From the NCBI GenBank assembly GCA_964016885.1, contig OZ024743.1, positions 370,698,001-370,762,000 of the forward strand: DNA of 64,000 nucleotides, given 5' to 3'. A program made the translations under genes and the position numbers. The notes below the pieces were generated by a model. That model saw only the letters and a program-made list of their open reading frames with translations. It did not search any database and had not been told where the DNA came from. Origin of the DNA: Eledone cirrhosa. Taxonomy: Eukaryota. Below are positions 38,401-51,936 of this stretch, piece after piece (position 1 is the stretch's first letter; every line of letters begins with the position of its first letter).

Positions 38401-41125
38401 ACAGGTTACAAATCAATGGGTTGTGCCATACAATCCATATTTGATTATGAAATATCGTTGTCATATTAATGTGGAAATTTGTAACTCAGTGAAAGCTTGC
38501 AAATATCTATTCAAATATGTTTACAAAGGTCATGATCGGGCAATGATCAATGTCAGGAATGAGGAAGCGAACCAAGGAGATGAAGTAGGCAGGTTCCAGG
38601 ATGTTCGCTCGATTGGATCTAACGAAGCTTGCTGGAGATTGTTCGATTTTCATCTCAATGAACGCAAACCCAGCGTTCAGAAACTGACGGTTCACTTAGA
38701 AAATAGGCAAATGGTCTGTTTTCAGGACACTAGAAGAGGTGTCGAAAGAATTGCTAACGCACCACCTCCTAAACGGAATTGACTGAGTAGTTCAAGCATA
38801 ATAGGGAACACGCTTTGAACGCGGATCAAAGGCAACTCTACTGCGATTTTCCTTCGCACTATACGTGGGATAAGAAGGGAAAGAAATGAAATGATAGAAA
38901 ACAAAAGTTGAGATTCATGACTATTGGACGGGTTTGTAATGTCCATCTAGCATCTGGTGTTGTGTTTTATCTCCGAATTCTGTTACATAGTGATTTTTCG
39001 AGAGGTAAACAGAGCTTCGCTGATTTGAAAACAATCAATGGCGTGGAATATGAAACATACCAAGCTGTGTGTCAACATCTGGGACTCCTTCAGGATGACG
39101 CTGAATGGAATAACGCCATGGAAGCTGCAGGAACAACACAGATGCCAGCTCAAATAAGGCAGTTGTTTGTCACGATTCTAGGATTCTGCAATCCTGCCGA
39201 TCCAAGAGAGTTATTTGAACGCCATTGGGGAATTATGGTTGATGATTTTAGGCATCATCTTCAGGTCGATGATGAAAATTTGATGAAGGCTATTGTTTTG
39301 CTCAATATTGAGCAACTGCTTGAAGTTCATTTGAAATGTTTAAGAGATTTCAATTTGCCAATTCCTGATGAAGAAATGCGGCAACGTGTCTTAGCATTGA
39401 ACATGAGATTGCAGCTTAGACGGTTGCCACTCGATCGGAGGGAACTATTCCAGTTTGATCCACTGGAAAAGCAACGTATTGTGGATGAACGTATGCCAAT
39501 GTTGACCCAATCTCAGAGAGAATTGGTCGATGGCGTTCTCCACTCGATTTCCATTAATGAGAAACTTTGTGCTCTCATAGATGCTCCAGGAGGCACCGGA
39601 AAGACATTCTGTTTCAACACTATGTTATCGGCAGTCAGAGCTCAGAGGAAGATTGCTCTCCCTGTGGACACCAATGGGATCGCTGCCACTTTGCTGAGCG
39701 GTGGAAGGACCTTCCACTCATGCTTCAAGGCTCCATTGGCTCCGGATGAGTTGAGTGTCTGTAACATTACAGGACAAAGTGAACTCGCGGACCTTATACG
39801 CAATACCTCTCTCATTATTTGGGACGAGGCTCCAATGGCACACAGATATTTGCTGGAGGCATTGGACAGAACTTTGAGAGATATCTGCGGTAGTGACCTG
39901 CCATTCGGTGGTAAGACTATCGTACTTGGTGGCGATTTCAGACAGGTGCTACCAATTGTTAGGAATGCTCAAAGAGCGCAAATTGTCGATGCATGTCTGA
40001 AAAATGTGGCGCCATTTCAGAGTTTTGCGATTACACGATAATATGCGACTTCGTATGTTCGGGCAAAACGAAGAAGCTGAGACATACGGCCGATGGTTGA
40101 TGCAGTTGGGAAACGATGAATTGCCACACGTTGGTGATAATCAGACTGTAAGAATCCCAGACCATTTGGTCATGCCACTGGACCGCCAAGCATTGATTGA
40201 CTGGGTGTTCCCTAATTTGAATGCTTTTTGGCAGAATATCTCCTGGATATCGGAACGCTTTATTCTAACTCATACCAATGCAACGGTCGATGAAATAAAT
40301 TCACAAGTAGCCGGAATGTTTCCTGGAGAGGAATGGTTGACCGTCAGTGCGGATGCAATGGAGCCTAATCAGCAGAACAATATGGATGTTCCGACTGAGT
40401 ATCTGAATTCACTTCAAATACCTGGATTTCCCCCACATATTTTGAGGTTGAAAAAGGGTATGCCGATTATATTGCTTAGAAATATCAACCATAAAATGGG
40501 TCTTTGCAATGGTACCAGATTGATTGTTGAGAGATTGATTAACGGAAGAGCTTTAGAAGCTAAACTCCCAGGCAGAGAGGAATCGGTTCTCATTCCGAGG
40601 ATCATGCTGAGACCAAGTGAAGATCTGCTGCCATTCATTTGGCAAAGGAGACAGTTTCCCGTCAATTTGGCCTTCTCCATGACTGTCAACAAGGCACAGG
40701 GACAGACTTTCAAGCGAGTCGGTGTCTACTTGAATAATCCAGCTTTCAGCCATGGGCAACTGTATGTTGCTGCATCTCGAGTGTGCGATCCTGACGTATA
40801 AAATTTGCAATTTATACCACTAACAGAGGAACAACCCTGAATATTGTCTATAATGAAGCTTTGAGCTGATGTATGCATATCTTTAATGCTATCAATAAGC
40901 TACGTAAATGATTCGGACATTGGTTTCCTTTGATCAGTATTGTGAGCTTTGACAGAGTTATCATTTATGTTCAATGTCATTTATTGTCGATAATGAGCAA
41001 TAAAAACCAACAAGTATTGGTAGAAATTGCCTTCAAATTTATCGCTTCTGATTGCAGTGGTAATAAAACCTCATCATATGCTGAGTCTGGCAAAAAGTTT
41101 GGTGCCTATGGCCGGCCAGGGCTAG
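35460..41125 (+). mobile_element. Autonomous Helitron, decayed (5' boundary tentative)
   Basis: RepHel coding region; GC hairpin CCTATGGCCGGCCAGG and CTAG at 41122-41125; candidate A|TC start at 35460. Confidence 0.8.
36353..40869 (+). pseudogene. Helitron Rep-helicase (HUH Rep plus PIF1 helicase) with several frameshifts
   Basis: CPHC..CC zinc finger, FAQIY, FITVTCNP, EFQKRGLPHAH, KYLFKYVYKG; GGTGKT, WDEAPM, GDFRQ, KAQGQT, HGQLYVAASRV, NIVYNEAL. Confidence 0.93.
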
Positions 41126-41318
41126 AGTAATATTGAAAAACGATTCTATTTTCGAAGTAGAAGGATCCGCCATTTGGAGTTAAAACCAGGCCACCTCCCC
41201 GAGTTGAACTCTGGGCAATATTGACTGTCTATTACAGGCTAAGAGCCTGGAAATTACTGAATAAATGTTTGTGTCATATAATTTGTTGTTTTATTATTAT
41301 AGCTGACCACTTATAGAT

Positions 41319-41366
41319 ATGTTTCTTTTATTTGCCACTACGGCATCAAAAGTGGGACAAGTACAA
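41319..41366 (-). mobile_element. Very short 3' end of Tx1 family B
   Basis: reverse complement TTGTACTTGTCCCACTTTTGATGCCGTAGTGGCAAATAAAAGAAA matches 51411-51455 with one mismatch. Confidence 0.85.
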
Positions 41367-41620
41367 AAAATCTTCCACTTCACTTTCACATCTAATTTGG
41401 AATTTAAAGGACAACAATATAGACTATTCAATATCTTGGGGAACGATTTCGAAAGCACCTGCATACCGTAATATGGCTTTCTCAAGAATTTGTCATTTGT
41501 GTATCGAGGAAATTTTTTATATAATTAACTGTCAAAACTCTATTAATTTTAAAATAGAAATATTTTCTACTTGCAGACATCGCCAAAAATCCACTTTCCG
41601 AAGTATTTTTAATTCATGAT
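41360..41620 (+). mobile_element. Penelope-like GIY-YIG C-terminal fragment
   Basis: STSLSHLIWNLK..ISWGTISKA..CHLCIEEIFYI..EIFSTCRH. Confidence 0.8.
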
Positions 41621-42299
41621 ATTCATTACACTTGACTATATCTTATACACCTTTAAAATGATCCTATTATTTACTGAGTTTTTTCTTTAAATATTTAAAA
41701 TTTTTTAAATGATCTTCCTTCTTAAATTTAGTATTTTTACCATTTGATATTCTTTTCCTTATGATACTCTTAACCTATCTTTTAGGTGTAGATTGATACT
41801 CATTAATTGACATTCTGAAAGATATCCTCTTTACGATAGTTCTTCGAAATGCACACTTGACTTATCTGATAATACATTTTTTCCTCTTTTTAATTTTCAA
41901 ACTTTTCACACATCTTTCGACGTAAATAATATGTAATTGAAATTCCCATCCTTGAAAAATATATAATATAAAATACCTTATAATCTCACACAAAATAATA
42001 TATAATTTTCTCTACATACTTTCTAAGTAAATCATTCATCAAATTTAATGGTTAACAAATAATGTTGGAGTTATTTTTTCCTTTACAATTGAGCAAACAT
42101 AGACATGATAACTTGGATGATAAATTATATAATTTCGCTAAATTAACGATATTCTGAAAACATTTTTAATGTTGGAACAAAATATTTGAATCTACAAATT
42201 GTTCTCCTCTTACAACTTGATCTACGTCTTTTTAAATATTTATGTAAAATGTAAAATCAACATCCTTCGTAACTCATATGAGAAATATAAACAATTAAT

Positions 42300-42470
42300 T
42301 GTTTCTACTTTAGGCACCAGGCCAGCAATTACCCAGTGCATTACTGGTACTTTTATTTTATCGACCCCGTAAGGATGAAAGGCAAAGTCAACCTCGGCGG
42401 GATTTGAACTCAGATCGTAAAGGGACGTAACTATGCTGGAAAGCATGTCCGACCCTCTACCGATACTGCC
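42300..42470 (-). mobile_element. SINE S1 with 16-bp TSD
   Basis: TSD AATATAAACAATTAAT at 42284 and 42471. Confidence 0.9.
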
Positions 42471-42812
42471 AATATAAACAATTAATACGTGTGGTTTATT
42501 TCTATAAAATCACCAATACTTATACTTGCACAATTATTAATCAATATAGATATTTATATACTTACAACCCGTTGCAATGTAATAAGATAAAATGTACTTA
42601 CAACCATAATTCTTCATATAATCTAATTGATTATATATATAATATTATAACTCATAATATAGCTAAATAATATTTTAAATTCTGGAATCATATTCCACCA
42701 TTCCTACTAACTGTTAATTCTTTTTAAATTCACGTAAATACAAGCATTTCTCTCTTTATCTTTCTTCTTCCTACACATACATATATCCTAATAATTATTT
42801 AAATTACCTAAC

Positions 42813-42996
42813 GGGGGGTGGATTGGCAGTATCGGTAGAGGGTCGGACGCCATGCTTTCCAGCATAGTTACGTCCCTTTACGATCTGAGTTCAAATCCCG
42901 CCGAGGTTGACTTTGCCTTTCATCCTTACGGGGTCGATAAAATAAAGTACCAGTAATGAACTGGGTATTTGCTGGCCTTGTGCCTAAAGTAGAAAC
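42813..42996 (+). mobile_element. SINE S1
   Basis: near-identical to 15282; TSD-like AATTATTTAAAT flanks. Confidence 0.9.
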
Positions 42997-43184
42997 AATT
43001 ATTTAAATCTACCTAGCATCTAAAAATAACGTTTTTTTTCAGCCCTATACCTCAACCTTATCTTAATAATTTGAAATATTTGGCTTTTCTTCTCTTTCCC
43101 TTCTTTCTTTTTACTATCCAGGAAAAACTGGAACTGTTAAGATCTTCTTCCTGGATATGTCAATATTTATAAAACAAACTTTGT

Positions 43185-43237
43185 ATTTTATCTGATGAGG
43201 GCGTTTTGGTACCCTTGAAATATATATAATAGAATAA
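43185..43237 (+). ncRNA. Minimal hammerhead (pLTR related to 44304)
   Basis: TATTTTAT-CTGATGA-GGG..CCCTT-GAAA-TATATA-TA-ATAGAATA. Confidence 0.65.
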
Positions 43238-43299
43238 ATATGGTTTTATAAATATAGTTTCCATTTATTTAATATCATTGATATATATATATATATATA

Positions 43300-43510
43300 T
43301 ATAAAGAAAAAGAGATGAAATCGAAAATGCAACTGGAGTCTTATTTTTTTTTTAAATATATATATTTATTTGGTTCCAAATAAATATATATATATTTTTT
43401 TTAAATAAGACTCGTTGCATTTTCGATTTCATCTCTTTTTCTTTATACTTTCACTCGTGTAGGACACCTCGGTTATTTTTCATTTTGTAAAAAAAACCTC
43501 ACTTTCTAAT
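43300..43510 (+). mobile_element. Fold-back terminus (arms 43300-43373 / 43376-43447 plus ACTC tail)
   Basis: inverted arms in (TA)n. Confidence 0.65.
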
Positions 43511-43528
43511 ATATATATATATATATAT

Positions 43529-43561
<33 letters not shown>

Positions 43562-43643
43562 ATATATAATATATTTATATATAATATATATATATATATA
43601 ATATATATATATATTATATATATATAATATATATATAATATAT

Positions 43644-43677
<34 letters not shown>

Positions 43678-43679
43678 AT

Positions 43680-44495
43680 ATACGATATTAATAAATGGAA
43701 ACTATATTTATAAAACCATATTTATTTCATTATACATATTTCAGGGATACCAAATTAAAATATGGTATGCCTTCATCAGATAAAATACAATATATAAACA
43801 GTTTTATAAATAATTTTGACGTATCCTATTAGATGCAACCATTATTTTTGGAAGCTGTCTGGATAGTGAAATGTTTATTATTTTATTAGTTATAGTGTTA
43901 AGCACAATTAGAAAAAGACGGAGAGAGAGAAGGAGAGAGAAAGAAGGAGTATAGTATTTTCTCTCTCTTGAGTTTTTCTATCTGTATGATGACTTATTAT
44001 CTCTCTGTTGCTTTCCTTTGTTTTTCTTATTTCTTCCTTTTTTCTTTCTTTTTATTTCCTCCTATCTATTTATCTTTCTTTTCTACATACATTTCTCTCT
44101 CCGATATTTCTCCAGGTTTTCTTTTTCTCTCTCTCCTTCTTTCTCTCTCCGTCTTTTCTTTCTTTCTCTCCGTCTTTTTCTAATTGTGCTTAACACTATA
44201 ACTAATAAAATAATAAACATTTCACTATCCAGACAGCTTCCAAAAATAATGGTTGCATCTAATAGGGTACGTCAAAATTATTTATAAAACTGTTTATATA
44301 TTGTATTTTGTCTGATGAAGGCATACCATATTTTAATTTGGTATCCCTGAAATATGTATAATGAAATAAATATGGTTTTATAAATATAGTTTCCATTTAT
44401 TAATATCGTATATCTACTCCAAAAACTTGTCGAGTGCTTTATATCAGTTATAAAATATTTACTTGTTGTATCCCAACAATTTTAAATAGAACTTT
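43680..44495 (+). mobile_element. Fold-back pLTR element (arms 43680-43949 / ~44133-44411, tail to 44495)
   Basis: near-perfect ~250-bp inverted arms with a hammerhead; (TA)n flanks. Confidence 0.85.
44304..44368 (+). ncRNA. Minimal type I hammerhead (mirror at ~43723-43787 minus)
   Basis: TATTTTGT-CTGATGA-AGG CATACCA..TGGTAT CCCT-GAAA-TATGTA-TA-ATGAAATA. Confidence 0.75.
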
Positions 44496-44566
44496 TGCAT
44501 ATATATATATATAATATATATATATAATATATATAATATATATATATATATATACAATATATATAT

Positions 44567-44619
<53 letters not shown>

Positions 44620-44673
44620 ATATATATATAATATAATATATATATATATATAATATATATATAATATAATATA

Positions 44674-44728
<55 letters not shown>

Positions 44729-44739
44729 ATATATATATA

Positions 44740-45008
44740 TATATTTATAAAACTGTGGATGTATGTGTGTGTGTGTATGTCCGTACCCACATAACTTCTA
44801 CAGTTTGCAACCGATTTTCTTCAAATTAGGAATAAACATGCGTTATGTTCCCAGGAGTGTTTAGGTTGGTCGCACGAAAATTACACATACATATACATCT
44901 AAAGAGAGAGAGGGGGAGACATTGGCCGTTATACAGAGCGAGGTACAAGATGTTCAGATAGATATATAGATAGATAGAGAGAGAGAGAATGGCGACGAAC
45001 GCTGGTTT

Positions 45009-45045
<37 letters not shown>

Positions 45046-45356
45046 AAGACAGAGAGAGAGACAGAGATCTGCACATTCTTGATTGATCTCCATTCTGTAG
45101 AGAAAAAGAGAGAGAGGGGATATGAGAAAAAAGAGAGAGGGGGTTGAGAAAGAGAGAGGGGTTGGGGAGGGGGGAAAATGATAGCAGCCTTGGATAACTT
45201 TAACTTTTATTTATTTATTTTTTACACACTGTTCAACTCCCCTCCCTCTTCCTCAACCTTACATCTCTTTCTCTCTCTCTTTCACACTAGACGTACTGTG
45301 ACTGTGTGTGTGTGTCCGGGGAAGTTACAATGTCCGCACATACACACAAACACGCA

Positions 45357-45427
<71 letters not shown>

Positions 45428-46165
45428 AAAAAAGCGAGGATAATTACGCCGTTATGTGGTGCGATGAGAACGATGTCTTGCAAAGAGACATTTATGGTTT
45501 AAAAGGAGACGTTAGACTAATATTCTATTTAGAATAGCCGGATGATTCTCGGCTCCAGAGTTTAAGAATGATTGTTTCTACTTTTGGCAAAGGGCCAGCA
45601 ATTATCCCAGTGCATTACTGGTACTTTATTTTATCGACCCCGTAAGGATGAAAGGCAAAGTTAACCTCGACGGGATTTGAACTCAGACCGTAAAGAGACC
45701 AAAAAGTAAATAATTGTTTCTACTTTAGGCACAAGGCCAGCAATTACCCAGTACATTACTGGTACTTTATTTTATCGACCCCGTAAGGATGAAAGGCAAA
45801 GTTAACCTCTGCGGGATTTGAACTCAGACCGTAAAGGGACGTAACTATGCTAAAAAGCATGGCGTCCAACCCTCTAAAAAGTAAATAATAGTTAAGATTT
45901 AGGCCAGTGCATAAGTATGCGCTGACGCATACATACACATACGCACACACAAATATACTTATATATATAATATACATACATATACACACTCATAAACACG
46001 TGCACACGAACATATACCTACACGCATATATGCCTAAAAACACATAGAAATATGTATATATACACACACACACACACACATATGTACATACATACGTACC
46101 TATGCATACAACACATACACATACATACATTCATATATCCGACCAATGCCGGGTACCTCTGCTAG
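44740..46165 (+). mobile_element. Non-autonomous Helitron with nested SINEs
   Basis: TATAAAACTGTGGATGTATG start like 15783; GCCGGGTACCTCTGCTAG|T end like 16446. Confidence 0.7.
45570..45875 (-). mobile_element. Two adjacent 5'-truncated SINE S1 copies
   Basis: 45570-45697 and 45715-45875; the latter has a 14-bp TSD AAAAAGTAAATAAT. Confidence 0.85.
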
Positions 46166-46175
46166 TATATATATA

Positions 46176-46217
<42 letters not shown>

Positions 46218-46219
<2 letters not shown>

Positions 46220-46655
46220 CAAATCGTTTATCGCTCTACATGGCTGAATACAATAAATGTAGTCTGAGTTTTTCGAATATTAATAATATTCGATTCGTTT
46301 GCAATTATGCAAGCAGCCTCTTTAAAGCTATGTCAATAGAATGACTCCGTCATTCTTGCTCTTGTGTTAGCATGTAAACAGAACTGAAGACACTAATGTT
46401 TCTGGGTGATTACTCTTCATCAGTACAGTATACTGTTTACCCGCCAACTGTCAGAGCTACTGAACATATATATTTTCTAAAATATACAGTGACTGATCGG
46501 CCTGATTTGCATATTAGCAGACTGGCTGAGCAGTCAGATCTGCATATTAGCAGATCCACTGATCAGCCAGATTTGCATATCAGCAGATATGCAAATAGGT
46601 CGGTCAGTTTCATGTACACGAGCAGTTAATGGCCGGTTTTGCCTTATTCAAATAA
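46218..46655 (-). mobile_element. PLE pLTR family O, copy 3, with hammerhead at ~46381-46428
   Basis: reverse complement CTGTA-CTGATGA-AGAGTAATCACCCA-GAAAC-ATTAGT-GTC-TTCAG; ATTTGCAT repeats 46505-46595. Confidence 0.75.
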
Positions 46656-46720
46656 CAAACACTTAGAAAACATAAAAAATAAAGTTTTTCTTGGAGAAAA
46701 AAATTATATCACAGAAAAGT

Positions 46721-46935
46721 AAGGTTTTTAATGGCTATTTTTACTTTCTGATATTGTCAGTTGTTGATGTTGTTATGTTAACATCAACAACTGATAATAT
46801 CAGAAAGTAAAAATAGCCATTGAAAACTTTGTATTGTGGCTATCACCGAAATATATATAACGAAAGAAGTAAATTATGAAATGTTGACTTTATACCTCTT
46901 ATTTATAAATTTACTCCGGAGTTAACAGATTCTCT
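46721..46935 (+). mobile_element. Hairpin (46721-46830) followed by the 3' half of a pLTR related to 16829/19168
   Basis: ~50-bp arms; CACCGAAATATATATA and ACTCCGGAGT shared with 19168-19430. Confidence 0.55.
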
Positions 46936-47207
46936 TGTGGACGATTAATTATATATATATACATCTTTATACACACACATATATGTCTTAATATTGTAGA
47001 GATGCTGCAACTAAATTTTCCGTATCTCTTTCTAGTGGAATTAGCATCCACTTTTGTTTATATCTCTTGCCTTGTGTTGAACGTATTTACACCATGTGGC
47101 TTTTAGTTTGGTGTGAGTTTCGTTGGACTTCTCTCTGGATATAGACAGGTATATTGTGTAATATACTATTTTTGCATCTATATCTTATTTTATAGAATGC
47201 TCAGACT

Positions 47208-47312
47208 ATTCTCCTGATGAGTGTTCACCATCACCCGTATTTTAATCATAATCGATTACATTGATTGATTTTAAGTTATGCATTACTGAACAAGAAATAG
47301 CGCTATAGGGAT
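47208..47312 (+). ncRNA. Hammerhead motif with long stem II
   Basis: CTC-CTGATGA-GTGTTCA..TGAACAA-GAAA-TAGCGCTA-TA-GGG. Confidence 0.65.
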
Positions 47313-47559
47313 CTCTATTGATTCCATCTAGAGCACATATTTTTCTTTGAAATATGTGTTTTCTATAAATACATTATATTGTGTATTCTCTCAGATATAT
47401 GGTCCTTTTTCTCTCTTTTCTATCTTTTACATTTGAATTATTATGGCTCTGGACAAAGACTATTGAACTTATTTATTGAGAAGCACAAAAATCAAATATA
47501 TTTGATATGTTTTAATTCCTCACATTTGTATACATACATATAGTTATATACATACATAC

Positions 47560-47613
<54 letters not shown>

Positions 47614-47641
47614 ATATATGTGTGTGTGTACACACACACAT

Positions 47642-47691
<50 letters not shown>

Positions 47692-48554
47692 CAATGAAAG
47701 AATAAGAAAAAGCAAAGTGGAATAGTTATTTAACCCATTATTTTATGATCATTTCAGAGAGTAAATGTATCGATGTGCAGACTAACAAATGGCAGTTATA
47801 TAACTTTATACCATCAGTCAAAAAAAAAAGCCAATCTACTCTGCTCTCTATCTTCAGAAACATACATCCAAACATCAATCATCGTTTTTACATCCGTTTT
47901 CCATGCTTGCATTGATTAGACAATATATGTATATACAAACACACATATATATTCAGAGAAACATATATAGAGATACATACACACACACACAAACATAGAG
48001 AAAGGAAAGTTCATAGTGGGTTTATGAAGTAGTTGCAAGTCTAGAAATTCTAAACTACTATTAACTGAAGACAATTACAACAATAACAATCTGTATGTCA
48101 GTCTGCCTGTACATCAACTATCTTTTTACAAGGACAGATACTAGTTTATTGACAGTGTCCATTCTAAACACAGGGGACAAGTTGATTTTGTTGAAATTGT
48201 TATTATTATTCAAGAAGGAAGGAACCCATTATTTCAGAGAGATGGACTGTTTGTTGCAGTTGTCATCATTATCATTATACATATATATGTGCAAAAACAC
48301 ACACGTATAACTATTTATTCCAATATACTTTTGTTGATAAATAATAATTATCATTAGTTAATTTGTCATTTCACTTTCTCCAAATATAGATGTATCCCTT
48401 ACACACATCCATACACACACAAGTACATTTAATACCCAATGCCAATCTTTCAATTTAAAACAAATGTTTCATGTGTGTAAAGGGGTGAATTATATATATA
48501 CACATATATATATACTTGCTAGCAGGGAAAGCCAACATTAAAACAACAATGATG

Positions 48555-48585
<31 letters not shown>

Positions 48586-48596
48586 TATATTTTTTT

Positions 48597-48865
48597 TACA
48601 TAATAAAGAACACAATATCATTATTCCATTACGAAAGGTTTCAAGAAACTAGGCGATCTTTACAGAAACGTCTAGCCCGTTCATCAGATGAAATAGTTAT
48701 CTATTTCATCTGATGAATGGACCGGACGTTTCTGTAAAGATCGCCTAGTTTCTTGAAACCTTTCGTAATGGAATAATGATATTGTGTTCTTTATTATGTA
48801 CTTAAATAACTCTGTACTATACATCCAGCACTCTTCTTTCCTGTACCTTTTCTACTGAAATACTT
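48597..48865 (+). mobile_element. Fold-back pLTR (100-bp arms 48597-48696 / 48701-48800) with hammerhead motif 48702-48775
   Basis: TATTTCAT-CTGATGA..GAAAC-CTTTC-GTA-ATGGAATA; ACTC tail. Confidence 0.75.
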
Positions 48866-48924
48866 AACACACACACATTATATATGTATATATATGTATG
48901 CATATATAAATATATATGTATATA

Positions 48925-48967
<43 letters not shown>

Positions 48968-48994
48968 ATGCATATATGTATATGAGTGAGTGTG

Positions 48995-49029
<35 letters not shown>

Positions 49030-49046
49030 ATATATATATGTGTGTG

Positions 49047-49077
<31 letters not shown>

Positions 49078-49090
49078 ATATATATATATA

Positions 49091-49167
<77 letters not shown>

Positions 49168-49203
49168 GTATATATATATGTATATGTATATATATATATG
49201 TAT

Positions 49204-49249
<46 letters not shown>

Positions 49250-49252
49250 ATA

Positions 49253-49830
49253 TCATCATCATCATCATCATCGTTTAACGTCCACCTTCCACGCTAGCAT
49301 GGGTCTGGACGGGAATTGTCCCACTTGAGGCAAGAGTGGTTGCCTTGCTCGCATAGGTGTCTGGCGGGTTTTCTACAGCTGGATGCCCTTCCTAACACCA
49401 ACCACGTTTACAGTGTGGGACTGGGAGGTTTTTAATATGTTACCTACACGGCCACATTACAGCGTGGACTGTGTGTTTTATTGTCGTGACACCTACACAA
49501 CCTCATTTATTTCGGACTGGATGTTGTGGTACCAACATAACTTCACATTTAAGGATTTAAGGGGGTGGTGTGGATGGAGTGGGGGTAGTGGGATGGGGGT
49601 GTATTTTGTTAGAGGTGCCTACTGACTGTAGGTTTCGCATTGTACTTAGGCAAGGCGGGTCTTCTGTAAAACTGTGTAGCGCCAAAGATCTCGGTCCAGT
49701 GACATTGTCTTGGAGAGGTGTAAATGTGTGAGGTCGGAATTTATCAAGTCGTCCCAGGTTTTTCTGGGTCTATTCCGTGGCTACCGTCTATTTTTATCAC
49801 CCTGCACTTTTTTATACAGCTGTCGTCTTT
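49253..49830 (-). mobile_element. RTE LINE 3' fragment (relative of PHD family)
   Basis: [11 protein letters not shown]; 3' UTR GTTAGGAAGGGCATCCAGCTGTAGAA; (GAT)n tail. Confidence 0.8.
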
Positions 49831-49907
<77 letters not shown>

Positions 49908-50010
49908 ACATATATATATATATGTACATATGTATACATATATATATATACACTCCATATTCTTCTGAGTTTTTGGCTTGTAATGGCCGATAGTGCTTCT
50001 TATAGCTTTA

Positions 50011-50055
50011 ATTGCCCTGATGAGTCCTTAATAGGACGAAACATTGTTGGCTAAT
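50011..50055 (+). ncRNA. Compact canonical type I hammerhead
   Basis: ATTGCC-CTGATGA-GTCC ttaata GGAC-GAAAC-ATT-GTT-GGCTAAT. Confidence 0.8.
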
Positions 50056-50215
50056 AAAGACTTTTGATGTATTGAAGGCTTCTTTGGTTTATTTTCATAA
50101 TTCTTCGGCTCTGTTTAATTACATTGAGCTATATCTTATACTGTCATTTCTATAATACGAAGAGGGTGTTTAACTCCAACACACTCTAGTATTTTAATTC
50201 TTATATATATATATG

Positions 50216-50265
<50 letters not shown>

Positions 50266-50267
<2 letters not shown>

Positions 50268-50602
50268 ATCATCATTTCATTTTACATCCACTTTTCCCTG
50301 CTTGCAAGGGTGGGACGGGAACTGATTCTGGCTTGATTTCTACAGCTGGATGCCCTTCCTAACACCAACCTTATTTACAGTGAGTGCTGGGTGCTTTTTT
50401 GCCGTGGCACCTCCACGACCACTTTACAGTGGAATGATAGGGATCCCAGTCCCTATAATCTCATTTCTACAGCTGAGTAAACTGGAGCAACGTGAAATAA
50501 AGAGTCTTGCTCAAGGAAACAACACATCACCCGGTCTGAGAATTGAACTCACAACCTTTCGATTGCAAGGCCAATGCTCTAACCACTAAGCCATGTGCCT
50601 CC
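50266..50602 (-). mobile_element. tRNA-derived SINE S2 with RTE-derived 3' tail
   Basis: A box TGGCTTAGTGG, B box GTTCAATTC, CCTTGAGCAAG body, tail matching RTE 3' UTR at ~54846-54990. Confidence 0.85.
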
Positions 50603-50614
50603 ATGTATATATAT

Positions 50615-51452
50615 GGAGGAGGACGAACTGGCCAGCCTGTTCGGTAGGACATTCAGCCCGGGACCTATGGACAACTTCCAGAAGTCCCTGGCCTGGCAGT
50701 GCTACCGAGGGGCTTTACCCGTTCGAGAAAGGCTCTACAGACACGGGCGCCCGGGTAGGGACCCCGCCAAAAAGATCTGTCCCAGATGCGTGTGCGACGA
50801 GGAAACCGTTGCACACGCATTAGTACACTGCTCGGGCGTAGCCGATCTGTGGGGCTATGTCGAACAACTGCTGTCAAGGGTGGGACCGATCCGGTTGACC
50901 ACCGAGTCTATTGTAATGATCAAGCCGCCTCCCCCCTTCAAAGATGAAGCAGAGGCGGTGTTTCTGTGCGTAATAGCCATGGCGAAAGAGGTTGTATGGT
51001 GGACGCGTCTGAAGGGACTGAGGTCGGGCACCTTTCTCTCTGGCCAACAACTGGTCCGTTTCTTCCGATATCATTTCGGAAGAAGGATCAGGATGGAGAG
51101 AGAGGTGCTGCACCCCAGCCGTTTCTATGAAAGATGGGTGAAAGTGGCGAGAATGGCCCGTGTGAGTGGGCCTTCACTCTACATCAGACTATAGGTGAGG
51201 AAGATGAAAGACCAAGGGAGCACCCCTTCTCTGTGCTCCTGAGGAGAAGGGTTGCACACTTTTTTCGGGGGTGTGTGCGACCCCCAAGGCGCCTCCTCTC
51301 TATTGAGGATTTTGTTAAAAATTTTATTTTTTGTTATATCTTATTTTATTTTTATATTTTGTTATTGCCTCCTCCTTATTGAGGACGCCTTTTTGTGTAA
51401 ACTCCCCCCTTTGTACTTGTCCCACTTTTGATGCCCTAGTGGCAAATAAAAG

Positions 51453-51455
<3 letters not shown>
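50615..51455 (+). mobile_element. Tx1 family B, 5'-truncated 3' fragment in (TA)n
   Basis: GPMDNFQKSLAWQCYRGALPVR..CPRC..H homologous to family A; AATAAA then (TA)n; TA repeat also upstream. Confidence 0.9.
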
Positions 51456-51503
<48 letters not shown>

Positions 51504-51519
51504 TATGTATATGTATATG

Positions 51520-51616
<97 letters not shown>

Positions 51617-51665
51617 ATATATATATATGTATATATATATGTATATATATATGTATATATATATG

Positions 51666-51783
<118 letters not shown>

Positions 51784-51936
51784 TATATATTGGTAAACGG
51801 AATAGAAAATGCTGACAAATTGTTCACAGTGAAAAATAGTTTAATTAGGAAAAAGTGAGAATTAGTAATTGTATTGGTTAGTATTCAGTTTTGGTTTTAA
51901 GTTTTACTGGTTGCGCATTTCTAATGCTTTTCAAAA

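Noticed and set aside
41815-41860. Hammerhead downstream of the PLE fragment (CTGAAAGA..CGAAATGCACAC)
   Set aside because: Core and stems too degenerate to support
47700-48500. Possible host exon in apparently unique sequence (also 35000-35350)
   Set aside because: No ORF with recognisable motifs or convincing splice pair; cannot be excluded without RNA-seq
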